This document shows, piece after piece, positions 39,620-48,848 of a stretch of DNA of 64,000 nt. The notes beneath the pieces were generated by a model. That model saw nothing but the letters and a program-made list of their open reading frames with translations, ran no database searches and was not told the origin of the DNA. Position 1 is the stretch's first letter. Every line of letters begins with the position of its first letter. Origin of the DNA: a virus. Location of the stretch: the IMG/VR virus record IMGVR_UViG_3300036893_000033, positions 30,888 through 94,887 of that record; one strand, given 5' to 3'. The position numbers and the translations under genes were made by a program.

Positions 39620-40936
39620 GTGAGGTGGCTGGCCGGCCTTTTGGCTGTCGGCAGCCTTTTGGCTGTCGTTCTTTGGTCGCAGCCTCCGAGTATTCCTCCG
39701 GGGAGTACTGGGGCAAGCGGCCCTGGATTCGCAAGCCGAGTCGTTTATTTCGCCGCGCCGGGATCGCAGACAATCACGCACAACCTCGGGCTGGCATCAC
39801 CGTATGTGCCGGGGTTTAGTGCCGTGACAACGCTTTCCGGATGTCAATTCTCGGCGTGCGGGAATATCTCAAGCTATGCGGCCAATTCCTTTTCCATAAC
39901 GTGTGCGGGCGCGTGCAATGGGGTCGAATGGCTGATCCCGTATGCGGCCAGCACCCAGCCGACAGCCGATTTCTACCTGATCGTGGGCGCGGCGTCAGCT
40001 ACGGTTTTTCAAAACACGCCGGTTCCAGCGACGGCGACTGTCACCGTGGGGGCTCTCTTTGGATATTCGGGAGTGGTAACGCTCTCGTGTACGAGCACTA
40101 CGGTGTCCTGTGTGTTCTCTCCCGCGACAATCACCGGGTCGGGGACCAGCACAGTCTCAATCACGCCGAACGGGACAGCCTTAAACTCGACTTCGGGAAC
40201 GGCAAATGTCGTGACGATCTCCGGCACGGACGGATCGCTGACGCACACGGTCAACGGATCGGTGACTGTATGGACCGGACCCGTGCAGCAGTGGAAAATG
40301 AACGAAGGATCAAGCCCGATGGCCGATTCGAGCGGTCACACGAACAATCTTACGAACACGAATGCGACTTATGGCAGCGTCTCCGGGTTGCTGTCGAATA
40401 CGCTGAAATTCAATGGCACGAACACGACATCGGCGGCGGCGAATTACACGAATACGAACTTCACCGGATCGACTCCGTTTTCGGTCTGCGGCTGGGCAAA
40501 TGAGACTTCGTACACAAGCCAGCTCGAAATGCTGCTGGGTAACGTATCGTCCTCCGGCCAGGGATGGGTTGTTTTCCTACAGGGCGGCGGCGGGAACCGG
40601 CTGACGTTTTCCTTGAGGGTCACTGGCGGCGATGCGAACGAGAACTTCAATTTTATTCCCACCACGGGGACGGCGTTTCAATTCTGTGTCGCCACGGACG
40701 GCACGGAAAAGGTAGCGGGCATGACTGCTTATGCCAACGGCGTATCTTCGGGCGCATATAATACGGTACAGGACAACCTGTCCGGTTCTATTGCCAGTGC
40801 CACGCCGGTGTACCTGGGTTACTACCAGACCGCAACTACCCTTCCGCTTACCGGCGGCATCGCTGACATTCGCGTCTACCCATACGCGCTCAGTTCGACG
40901 CAGGTAACCGCGATTTACAGCCAAGGAGTCCAGTGA
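39620..40936 (+). CDS. Ig-like plus LamG/ConA lectin domain protein with signal peptide
   Basis: MRWLAGLLAVGSLLAVVLWS|Q; WKMNEG..ADSSG..LKFNG..FSVCGW..GGIADIRVY. Confidence 0.8.
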   Translation: MRWLAGLLAVGSLLAVVLWSQPPSIPPGSTGASGPGFASRVVYFAAPGSQTITHNLGLASPYVPGFSAVTTLSGCQFSACGNISSYAANSFSITCAGACNGVEWLIPYAASTQPTADFYLIVGAASATVFQNTPVPATATVTVGALFGYSGVVTLSCTSTTVSCVFSPATITGSGTSTVSITPNGTALNSTSGTANVVTISGTDGSLTHTVNGSVTVWTGPVQQWKMNEGSSPMADSSGHTNNLTNTNATYGSVSGLLSNTLKFNGTNTTSAAANYTNTNFTGSTPFSVCGWANETSYTSQLEMLLGNVSSSGQGWVVFLQGGGGNRLTFSLRVTGGDANENFNFIPTTGTAFQFCVATDGTEKVAGMTAYANGVSSGAYNTVQDNLSGSIASATPVYLGYYQTATTLPLTGGIADIRVYPYALSSTQVTAIYSQGVQ

Positions 40937-42570
40937 TGAAGCGCCTATACGTCCTGCTTTTCTGGTCTGCCGCCGTATCCGCGCAGACGATCACGAACGG
41001 CGCGGGTACGCGCGTGCTGCTCAGTCAGATGGGCGCGCCCGTGGCCGACATCACGGCGGGCTGCAACACCGACACGATGCTGCAAGCCAACGGCAGTGCG
41101 TGTCCGAACGAACTGGCCTACGTCAACGCAGCCTTTGCGGTGGCGACGGCGACGAACCCGGTGCATTTGATTGCCGACTATCCGTTTTTGGTTAATGGTC
41201 CGATCATTATCCCCATAGGCGCGGTCGCCTACCTCGAAGGGCTGGGGATGAACGTGAGTAGCTTTGTGATCGCGAACGGCAGCAACGCCACTCCGATCTG
41301 TACAGACTTTCCAGGGCGAACTGCCGGTGGGCTCACCTGCGGTATCAGTATGGCCGTCGGCACGCCTCCCGCCCAGGTCGGCTCGCTCATTATCCGCGAC
41401 ATCACCGTCAACGGCAATCGGGCCGGTAACAGCACCGGAGACCTGCACTGCGTAACAGCCTGGTGCGCGGGAATTCTCGCCGCTAACCTTGAGTATTTTG
41501 AACTTACTAATGTGCGAATCAAGAACGCTCCGACGTTCGCTGTGTTCACGACTAACGTTGGGACGCAGGAGTATCACAACGTGGAGGTTGACTCTACAAC
41601 GGCATCCGGCTCGAATACGGACGGCATCCACGCAGCGGGGCCGTTTGGCACAATAAATGCTTCGAACATCCGCGTTACCGGGTACGATGACTGCATAGCT
41701 CTTAACCTGCCAGAGGGTTACTCTGGCAGTGGTGGGACCGCACAGTTCACCAACGTAACCTGCAATGGCAATCTTTCGCTGTTGAGAGCCTACGCCTACC
41801 AGAACGCGGGAAACATCTGCGGCTCCTGTACATTGGGTCCGGTGCAAATCAGTAACTTCTTTCTGAATGCTACATCCAACCCATATGCTAATGGTGTAAT
41901 CATCGGCAACGATGCCAATTATTCCAGCACACTGGATCAGGTGCAGTCAATCCAGCTTACAAACGGTATTTTCGTGACTCCTAACAGCTTAGTTACTACG
42001 TTAAACAATGTCGGAACGCTTTCGTTTTCCAACGTTCGGTGGAGCATTACTGGCGGCAATACGGCTAGCTGGCTGGATTTCGGAGCGACCTCGACAATCA
42101 GCAGCTTCCTCTGCGCACCCTGTACGATATACGCCAATGCAGCGTGGAATGGATTCACGCCGCATTGGGGAAGAATAGCCTTGAATTCTACGGTCAAGAG
42201 GATCGAGATGAACGGCACCGCAATTGCTGTCGAGTCCGGCCAGTCTCTTTCGGCGACCGCTTACGGATTCGACATTCAGTCGGGAAGTTCTGTCGGATCT
42301 TTCGTGATGACGGCCATGGACCCTACCTTGAACCCGACTCTTCTCAACGGCAACGAATGGTCGCGGGTCACGAACTTCTACGGCGCGGGCGTTCCCGCGT
42401 ACTACCGCAACACGACGTATGCCAATCTACCTCCAGCGACTTACGTGGGGCTGTCCGCGTCGATCAGCGACGGGACCAGCATCGTGTGGGGCGCGACGGA
42501 AGCGGGCAGCGGATCGAGTTACGCGCAGCTGACCAGCGACGGGACGAACTGGACCGTCACAGGAAAATAG
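40936..42570 (+). CDS. GH28-like beta-helix depolymerase/tail spike with signal peptide
   Basis: MKRLYVLLFWSAAVSA|Q; NTDGIH and GYDDCIAL motifs; C-terminal T.ANLP.A...SDGTNW module. Confidence 0.75.
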   Translation: MKRLYVLLFWSAAVSAQTITNGAGTRVLLSQMGAPVADITAGCNTDTMLQANGSACPNELAYVNAAFAVATATNPVHLIADYPFLVNGPIIIPIGAVAYLEGLGMNVSSFVIANGSNATPICTDFPGRTAGGLTCGISMAVGTPPAQVGSLIIRDITVNGNRAGNSTGDLHCVTAWCAGILAANLEYFELTNVRIKNAPTFAVFTTNVGTQEYHNVEVDSTTASGSNTDGIHAAGPFGTINASNIRVTGYDDCIALNLPEGYSGSGGTAQFTNVTCNGNLSLLRAYAYQNAGNICGSCTLGPVQISNFFLNATSNPYANGVIIGNDANYSSTLDQVQSIQLTNGIFVTPNSLVTTLNNVGTLSFSNVRWSITGGNTASWLDFGATSTISSFLCAPCTIYANAAWNGFTPHWGRIALNSTVKRIEMNGTAIAVESGQSLSATAYGFDIQSGSSVGSFVMTAMDPTLNPTLLNGNEWSRVTNFYGAGVPAYYRNTTYANLPPATYVGLSASISDGTSIVWGATEAGSGSSYAQLTSDGTNWTVTGK

Positions 42571-42681
42571 GTACCACATGAGATCATCAAGCATCCTTTT
42601 GTTAGCGGTCCTCCTGCTACTCGCAATCTTCCTGCTGGTAAGCGCAGCTGTGCCAATCCCGCACGCGGGAACGATAGCGCC

Positions 42682-42858
42682 ATGATTCCGCTATTTTTCC
42701 TTCTCTCCGCTTCCGCGTTTGCGTAGTCCGGTCCGGTGTCATACCTGTACCGCGACTGTACGACCGTGCGCGCTGAGGAGAGCGGGATGATCGCCCTGGC
42801 GCGGATACGTGCGGGCAATGCGCTGCTTTCCGAATTTACAGACATCCGAGCGTGTTAA
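42682..42858 (+). pseudogene. Remnant of a secreted protein with TAG at the signal-peptide +1 position
   Basis: MIPLFFLLSASAFA*SGPVSYLYRDC... Confidence 0.45.
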
Positions 42859-42883
42859 GCGGGCAGGTTTCAAAAATTGACTT

Positions 42884-43618
42884 ATGCCAGCCACACACGT
42901 TTTGATTCGCGGACACCAATTCACCTATGCCGAGAAGGCTCCGTTTGCAGTGTCTGGCGAGTCCGTGTTGGGAGCGATTGAGTACGACGAAACCACAGAC
43001 CAGACCAAGTGCCACGAGTGCGGAGAATGGTTCAGTGGCATGGGCAGCCACATTAAATCACACGGAATAAAGCGGGACACATACAACGAGAAGCACGGTA
43101 TGCGGATACGATCTTCGCTGTCTGGCTTTACCGTTCGGCAGAAGCACCGGACGCTGGCCACAAAAGCATTTGAGGGGGGCGGCAACCTGAACCGCGTGGA
43201 CGTCGAGAAGAAGGACGCAGCCAGGATAGCCACCAACAAGCGACGCAAGGGAACAGCCGGAAACACGGCGGAGTACGACAACGAGCGCGCCAGGTGCAAG
43301 GCGCAGTCTCTGTTCAAGATCCAAACTCTTGCGGCGCAGACCGGGCACACGCCGACCTCGGCGGAATTATCTCAGATCGGCCTCGGGTCAACGATGCTTG
43401 CCTCGCGGTTTGGGTGCGTTAAAAATGCAATGCGGCTCGCAGGTCTGGAGCCTAACTTGGATGGCCACGTGCCGATGTCTGTCCCAAAAGGATTCCCTAC
43501 GGCGGAAGAAATCGCAGAGCGCAAGCGTCGATGGGAGGCGCCTATGCCGTGGCCGAAAGACGACGGCCCCAGTCTTCCATTCAGCCGGTCTGCCATAGCT
43601 GGAGCAATGGAGCGGTAA
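42884..43618 (+). CDS. MucR/Ros-like zinc finger plus homing-endonuclease-associated repeat DNA-binding protein
   Basis: CHECGEWF..MGSHIKSHGI...Y.EKHG; LAAQTGHTPT...RFG....AMRLAGL. Confidence 0.7.
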   Translation: MPATHVLIRGHQFTYAEKAPFAVSGESVLGAIEYDETTDQTKCHECGEWFSGMGSHIKSHGIKRDTYNEKHGMRIRSSLSGFTVRQKHRTLATKAFEGGGNLNRVDVEKKDAARIATNKRRKGTAGNTAEYDNERARCKAQSLFKIQTLAAQTGHTPTSAELSQIGLGSTMLASRFGCVKNAMRLAGLEPNLDGHVPMSVPKGFPTAEEIAERKRRWEAPMPWPKDDGPSLPFSRSAIAGAMER

Positions 43619-43964
43619 GCATTATCACCACCGTTCATGACGCGCGCCAGAAGCTGACTTTACAGGCATCCGAAGGTTAGCATAAGCGTACTCACCGACA
43701 TTCAGGCGCTCTTGACGGCGCGCGGGATACGCTACTGCCTGGCCCCGTACCCGGAGACGGATACGCTCGAAGAGTGGGCGGACAGGCACGACGCGCCGAT
43801 CCCGCCGCAATGAAGCCTCGGGGGCTATCCAAATCCAGTATTGCGCCGATAAGGATTCATGCTCAAAATCGGAAGCATGGATAAACTCGAAGAGGAATCA
43901 GATTTGGAGCGTGACAGAAGGACGCGGGTTGAAATGTCGGGAAGGACGCGGTAGGATGGAAACC

Positions 43965-44043
43965 AGTCTGGGCAGGAGTCCCGGAGATCAACCACACACA
44001 TTGGCCCGCGCGGGTACTGACTGACCCGCGCGGGCCGTTTTTT
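43965..44043 (+). ncRNA. Candidate small RNA B ending in a strong intrinsic terminator
   Basis: TTGAAA-N17-TAGGAT promoter; 5' hairpin with CAGGAGT loop; CCACACACA linker; 13-bp stem 44003-44036 plus T tract. Confidence 0.45.
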
Positions 44044-44136
44044 ATGCGGGCAGGAAAGCGCGTGCGACGTACTCAGCCAGACTGTGAGCAGTACCACGGC
44101 ACACGCGCGGCCAGGGATAGGCGTTAAAATAACCAC

Positions 44137-44979
44137 ATGTTCTCCCAAGTCCCCCACCACCATAGGCTGTACGCGGGAATCCTGACGGCCATCGGCTCCG
44201 TGGCGATCTATTATCTTATTCAGGTCGAGCGGGCAAACGTTAGATTTCAGGATCAGGCCACGTTAACGCTTCGGACGCTGCCGAAGACGTTTACCGATGC
44301 GGTCCACGTTGAGATGACTGGTCTGCGCGCTGATGTACTGGCAAGGGTAGACGTGGGGCTTGACGATCTTGAGAAGACCGAACAGGACGCCAATGATCGC
44401 GTGGCTAGCGGTTTGTCGATCCTCAGGCAGGCCGAGTCCGACGCCAGCGACAGACTGGAACCGATCACGAATCCCGGCACCGGCGTCACCGCAACGCTAT
44501 GGAAGCTGGAGACGGATTTCAACCAGGGGCTGAACGGGAAGGGCGGGGCGGTTCAGAGCATAGCCGAACTGAGCGGGGCGTACCAGGCCGTGCCGTCTCA
44601 GTTGGCAGCCCAGGTTCTCCCCGCATGGAAGGCTATGGAGCCGGAGTTTACGTGCAGGCGCACGCTCCCCGACGGAACCACCGCCGGGTACGGGGGGTGC
44701 TACCACGCAGCGATCACGGCCACGCTCAACGAAACCCGCAATACGCTGGCGCAAGTACAGATCGGCATGAAAACATTCCCGGAGGTAGCCGTAAACATTA
44801 AAGCCGCCACAGATGCCAGCGCCGAAGCCAGCAAGAACGCCGCCGGGGTGCTCGCAAATTTAAAGGAGAGCACCAGGCCACTCCCCCGCTGGGCGCGGAT
44901 CGGATTGGGTGTAGCCCCGCCACTGGCATCCACCGCCAGCGCGATCATCGGCGCTCTGGCCTTAATCGGCGCGCTGTAG
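44137..44979 (+). CDS. Membrane-anchored helical protein (lysis region, possible spanin-like)
   Basis: N-terminal TM, long helical body, hydrophobic C-terminus. Confidence 0.6.
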   Translation: MFSQVPHHHRLYAGILTAIGSVAIYYLIQVERANVRFQDQATLTLRTLPKTFTDAVHVEMTGLRADVLARVDVGLDDLEKTEQDANDRVASGLSILRQAESDASDRLEPITNPGTGVTATLWKLETDFNQGLNGKGGAVQSIAELSGAYQAVPSQLAAQVLPAWKAMEPEFTCRRTLPDGTTAGYGGCYHAAITATLNETRNTLAQVQIGMKTFPEVAVNIKAATDASAEASKNAAGVLANLKESTRPLPRWARIGLGVAPPLASTASAIIGALALIGAL

Positions 44980-45124
44980 CTGCGGCTGTGGCTGCGGCAG
45001 CCTGCGGCAGCCTGCGGCTGTGACTGCGGCTGTGACTGCGGCCGTGACTGCGGCCGTGACTGCGGCAGCCTGCCTTAGTACGCTACCGAGCCGATGACTG
45101 AGGTGACTGCGGTTGTGACTGCGG
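44980..45124. repeat. Tandem array of 10-12 bp CTGCGG units interrupted by a 37-bp unique insert
   Basis: CTGCGG at 44980, 44992, 45002, 45012, 45024, 45036, 45048, 45060, 45107 and 45119. Confidence 0.9.
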
Positions 45125-45163
45125 CGGTAGCGCGTTAACCGCAGGAAACGCTACACTGTACCC

Positions 45164-45466
45164 ATGTACCTCCATGCCTTAGCGGACTTCGCGGATCGCC
45201 ATAAAGAGGGGCTTGGCTTGCTCGGGATCAGCGCCGTCGTAACGATGAGACCGAAACTGCCGTGGCCTTTCTGTCGGGTGGAGGCGCTTGAGTGGTGCTA
45301 CGAGTGGATGCGTGAGGCTCTGTTGACGTTACTCAGCTTCAAAGGTCCCCTGCCGCATGGCGCAATGGCGCAGTCTTCGGAGCACACCAGCACAGATGCG
45401 GCGGGAAACAGGGAAACGTCTAAGGAGTCGTCTTCGACGGGCGCAGCGACACCGCCGGTCGCTTAG
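45164..45466 (+). CDS. Holin-like small membrane protein
   Basis: Hydrophobic segment with hydrophilic tail; upstream of the endolysin. Confidence 0.45.
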   Translation: MYLHALADFADRHKEGLGLLGISAVVTMRPKLPWPFCRVEALEWCYEWMREALLTLLSFKGPLPHGAMAQSSEHTSTDAAGNRETSKESSSTGAATPPVA

Positions 45467-45729
45467 GGCATTGGGGTTCGTGCTTCCGGCGTTCGCGATC
45501 GCCCATGGGTTTCCTGCAAAATGTGCATGGCGCAAGGCTTTTTGGCCGACCCGTCATGCTTGACATTGTGACACAAAAATACTACCATTCATCGTGCCCT
45601 ATTTCTGCAAGCGGAATCTGGAAAGCTCGCCAAGCTCTAATCCAGATTCTGCCTTTCAGTCTCTGAATCCAAGATCGCTGCTGAACGAACACTCTGCCCC
45701 TGCGGGCGCCCAAAGGAACCCAACCCAGA

Positions 45730-46107
45730 ATGACATGGCTACACAATCTGCTTTCCAAAATTGAAAATTTACTCGGCAAAACATCCCCGAAAATCGAAGC
45801 GGTCGCTCAGGAGATCGAATCCCTGCTGCCAGCCGCCCTTGGCATCGTTAACGACATCAACGCAATCGCCCCCAACAAGACGCTGACTGAGTTGAACGCG
45901 GTGGCGACGAAATACGCTTTGCCTGGGATAACCGCGCTGGCCGAAGGCCAGACGGCCGGCAACGTGGCGTTGAACCTGGGAACCCAGATCCTCGCAAAAA
46001 ACCACGCACCGACAGCGGATACTTCGCTGCTGAATACCGTCATCCAACTGGCGGTGACAGCAGCAAACGCGACCGCGCCCGCTCCGACCACATCCCCCGC
46101 CGCTTAA
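45730..46107 (+). CDS. Hypothetical amphipathic protein
   Basis: Own promoter TTGACA(45560)-N17-TACCAT, structured leader, downstream hairpin. Confidence 0.65.
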   Translation: MTWLHNLLSKIENLLGKTSPKIEAVAQEIESLLPAALGIVNDINAIAPNKTLTELNAVATKYALPGITALAEGQTAGNVALNLGTQILAKNHAPTADTSLLNTVIQLAVTAANATAPAPTTSPAA

Positions 46108-46185
46108 CCGCGCGGCATGCGTTAAGTCGAGACCGCCCCATTCGGAGCAATCCGCTTGGGGCATTTTCTGCGTTAAAATAAAACC

Positions 46186-46719
46186 ATGCAACACCCCACG
46201 AGCAACCGCATATCTCTGATCCTTCTGGCCGCTGGCCTTGCCATGGCGGCCATGTACATTTGCTTTTCGCCTCCGATGGCGGTGGCGCAGGGCAATCGCG
46301 TGGGGCCGGAGAGCGCATATCCGCCAGCGTCCGTACCGGGTTTTCCGAACCCAGACGTAACGCAGGAAAATATCAGTTCAACCGTCTGTAGGGCTGGCTG
46401 GACGAAGACGATCCGACCTCCAGGGGCGTACACAAATAAACTCAAGGCCCAGCAGATGGTGGCGCTCCACCTCCCCGGAAAGCCATCCGAATACGAAGAG
46501 GACCATTTTTTGAGCCTGGAAATTTCTGGTCACCCAACGGACCCGCGCAACCTGTGGCCACAAAGCTACAGCGGGCAATACGGAGCGCGGGTCAAAGACC
46601 AGGTAGAGGACAAAATGAAGCGCGAACTGTGCGCTGGAACGATGACCCTAAAGCAGGTTCAGGATTGCATAATCTCCGACTGGATCGCGTGTGGCAGGGC
46701 GCACGGTGCCATCAAATAA
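46186..46719 (+). CDS. Secreted HNH-type (His-Me finger) nuclease-like protein
   Basis: Signal peptide ending AVA|Q; YEEDHFLSLEISG...RNLWPQ...KDQVE. Confidence 0.7.
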   Translation: MQHPTSNRISLILLAAGLAMAAMYICFSPPMAVAQGNRVGPESAYPPASVPGFPNPDVTQENISSTVCRAGWTKTIRPPGAYTNKLKAQQMVALHLPGKPSEYEEDHFLSLEISGHPTDPRNLWPQSYSGQYGARVKDQVEDKMKRELCAGTMTLKQVQDCIISDWIACGRAHGAIK

Positions 46720-46992
46720 TGCCGTGACCCGCCGCCAGCAAGCCATAGACGCCGCCATCCTGGCACTGAGGTGCGAACCGGAAAACGCACGGGAAATGCT
46801 GACGAAGCTGATTGAAGATGCGGAGCGGGGCAAGCTGAAGGAGTCTTTCCCGGTGCATATCGTGGGGTATAATATCGACAGAACCGTAGAGGCTTTCGGA
46901 ACCGCTATCCAGCGCGGCGCGGCGCATACGTTCGCACCTCCGCATGGTGGCGGAAACTGCACCATTTGCGCTTTGCCGGAGGGCGATCACTC

Positions 46993-47535
46993 GTGACTCT
47001 GATAGAGTCCTGCATTGCGTTTACTGGGCGGCAGGAGGGATTCTGCGCATGGCCATACTTAGACACGGAGTCCAACGTGACCATCGGCTTCGGCATTATG
47101 TGCCCTACCGCCGTGGCGCTCGCCAATCTGTTTGGTCTCACGTCACCCGCCGACATCGCGCCCATCGCAGAGCAGTTCAGCGCGGTGAAGTCCAGCGAAC
47201 CGGGTAAGTGCTCGGGATATTACGAGCAGTTCAGTAAAATTCGAATGCCACTCGACCGCGCACAGGAAATTATGGCGCAGCGCCTGGGTTCTTCCATAAC
47301 TCAGTGCCGTAAGCGTATCCCCGAATTCGACGCGCTGCCGATTCCGGTCGCCACCGCCGCCGTTGACATCGACTACAACGTCAAAGGCGGTATCGGCAGC
47401 TTCCCCTCCTTCTGCGCCGCTGTCGCGCGGGGAGACTGGGCCGCCGCTGCCGTGGAGAGTGACCGACCGCAGTTACCAAAGCGGTCGGCGGATACCAGGG
47501 CGCTGATACTTTCGGTGGCTAACGCGGTCTCGTAA
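46993..47535 (+). CDS. Endolysin, T4-lysozyme-like (GH24)
   Basis: E-x8-D-x5-T triad EGFCAWPYLDTESNVTIGFG; FPSFCAAV..GDWAAAAVES. Confidence 0.85.
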   Translation: MTLIESCIAFTGRQEGFCAWPYLDTESNVTIGFGIMCPTAVALANLFGLTSPADIAPIAEQFSAVKSSEPGKCSGYYEQFSKIRMPLDRAQEIMAQRLGSSITQCRKRIPEFDALPIPVATAAVDIDYNVKGGIGSFPSFCAAVARGDWAAAAVESDRPQLPKRSADTRALILSVANAVS

Positions 47536-47751
47536 AGTAGGGGAATTATACATGTGAGAACAAATCACCTCTTTCGCTCCTCGTCAAAAGCGAGAATCGC
47601 CGCTTGAATGCCAGCGGTCCATCCTTTTTCCCACTGGCCCTGCGACCAGATAGCTGATCACTTTCCCGCGCCACCAAAAACCGGGTAGTGGGTCAGTTTG
47701 AAATTTCTTTCTATTGACGTTCCGTCCCCAGTTGGGATAATGGGTTCACGT

Positions 47752-48006
47752 ATGCCTGACCGCTCAAAAACACGCCCGCGAGACCCGAACGAACTTGGAT
47801 TCCGCATCATTCAGGAAGCCACTGGCCAGATTCCAAAGTACGACCCGCGCGAGGACAAGCCAGCAGATCCAGCAAAGAATCCCCACGCCGTTGCGTTAGG
47901 TCGTCTCGGCGGCCTCAAGGGCGGCGCGGCGCGGGCGGCGGCACTTTCGCCACGTAAACGGTCGCAGATTGCCGCTAAGGCGGCGGCTAAGCGGTGGGGA
48001 AAGTAG
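47752..48006 (+). CDS. Small basic IS-associated protein (KGG-like)
   Basis: RPRDPNEL..KNPHAVALGRLGGLKGGAARA..RSQIAAKAAAKRW. Confidence 0.8.
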   Translation: MPDRSKTRPRDPNELGFRIIQEATGQIPKYDPREDKPADPAKNPHAVALGRLGGLKGGAARAAALSPRKRSQIAAKAAAKRWGK

Positions 48007-48014
48007 CCGTATTT

Positions 48015-48233
48015 ATGACTGACGAACAATGGCAAGCGATGAAGGAATTTGTTCGAGCCTATCATAGATTACACACAGACCACATGCTGCTCACCGGTAT
48101 GCTGGCATTTAGCCAACATACCGGGAAACCTCCGGAGGACTGGTTGTCGCAACTGAAGGTGCTCCGTGAGCTTCCGGGACACCGTAAGTCAAGCCAAGAA
48201 ATAAAAGAACTTCTCGCTGGAGTTGAGCGATAG
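48015..48233 (+). CDS. Hypothetical IS cargo protein
   Basis: ORF follows the previous gene closely. Confidence 0.45.
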   Translation: MTDEQWQAMKEFVRAYHRLHTDHMLLTGMLAFSQHTGKPPEDWLSQLKVLRELPGHRKSSQEIKELLAGVER

Positions 48234-48548
48234 AGGACCGATAGTCGGCTAACTTGGCTTCTAAATAATCTTCCGAAATCTGGCCTGATTCAGTAGCTGG
48301 CATCCTACATGACCTTTCATGCTTGAGTAGACGCTCGATACACCTTCGGCGTAAACTCAGCTTGAACGGTCCCTTTGCGGTGTGTCACCACTGCGCTTGG
48401 GCCAAGGCTGAGCGGATTTTCCAGATTCCATCGGACGCCCCATGCGCCCGCGTACAGCCCCACTGTGCAATTCCAGTTTACAGGAGAATGCGCATGGAAA
48501 ATTACTACGGCCCCGGCGATCCGATGTTTGATCGTTTTTCGGCAGTCA

Positions 48549-48767
48549 TCAGTGCCGGGGCGAAAAACCAAACTCGCGACGAATTGCGTCAGCGACTTGA
48601 TGAGATTTATCCCCGATCTCAACCCGACACATCGTCATCTGATCGTCTGACGCAGCGCCAGCACGCTTCAGCGCAAGCTGAAGCGCCTGAACCTCAATCT
48701 CCAGCTTCGCAAGGTATTTGATAACATCATCGCGGAATTTTTCAAATTCAGGAGGTGTTGTGGGCAT
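48549..48767 (-). CDS. Hypothetical IS cargo protein
   Basis: Divergent from the transposase. Confidence 0.5.
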   Translation of the reverse strand: MPTTPPEFEKFRDDVIKYLAKLEIEVQALQLALKRAGAASDDQMTMCRVEIGDKSHQVADAIRREFGFSPRH

Positions 48768-48848
48768 TCGGTGATTCTATCGCGCTCCGCCCTGAGTTTT
48801 TCTTTTTTTCTACTTGACTTATAATGCTTGACCGCTTATACTTGAGAT

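Noticed and set aside
44980-45124. CRISPR array
   Set aside because: Units are 10-12 bp and directly tandem, there is only one unique insert, and no cas genes are present. Kept as a non-CRISPR finding.
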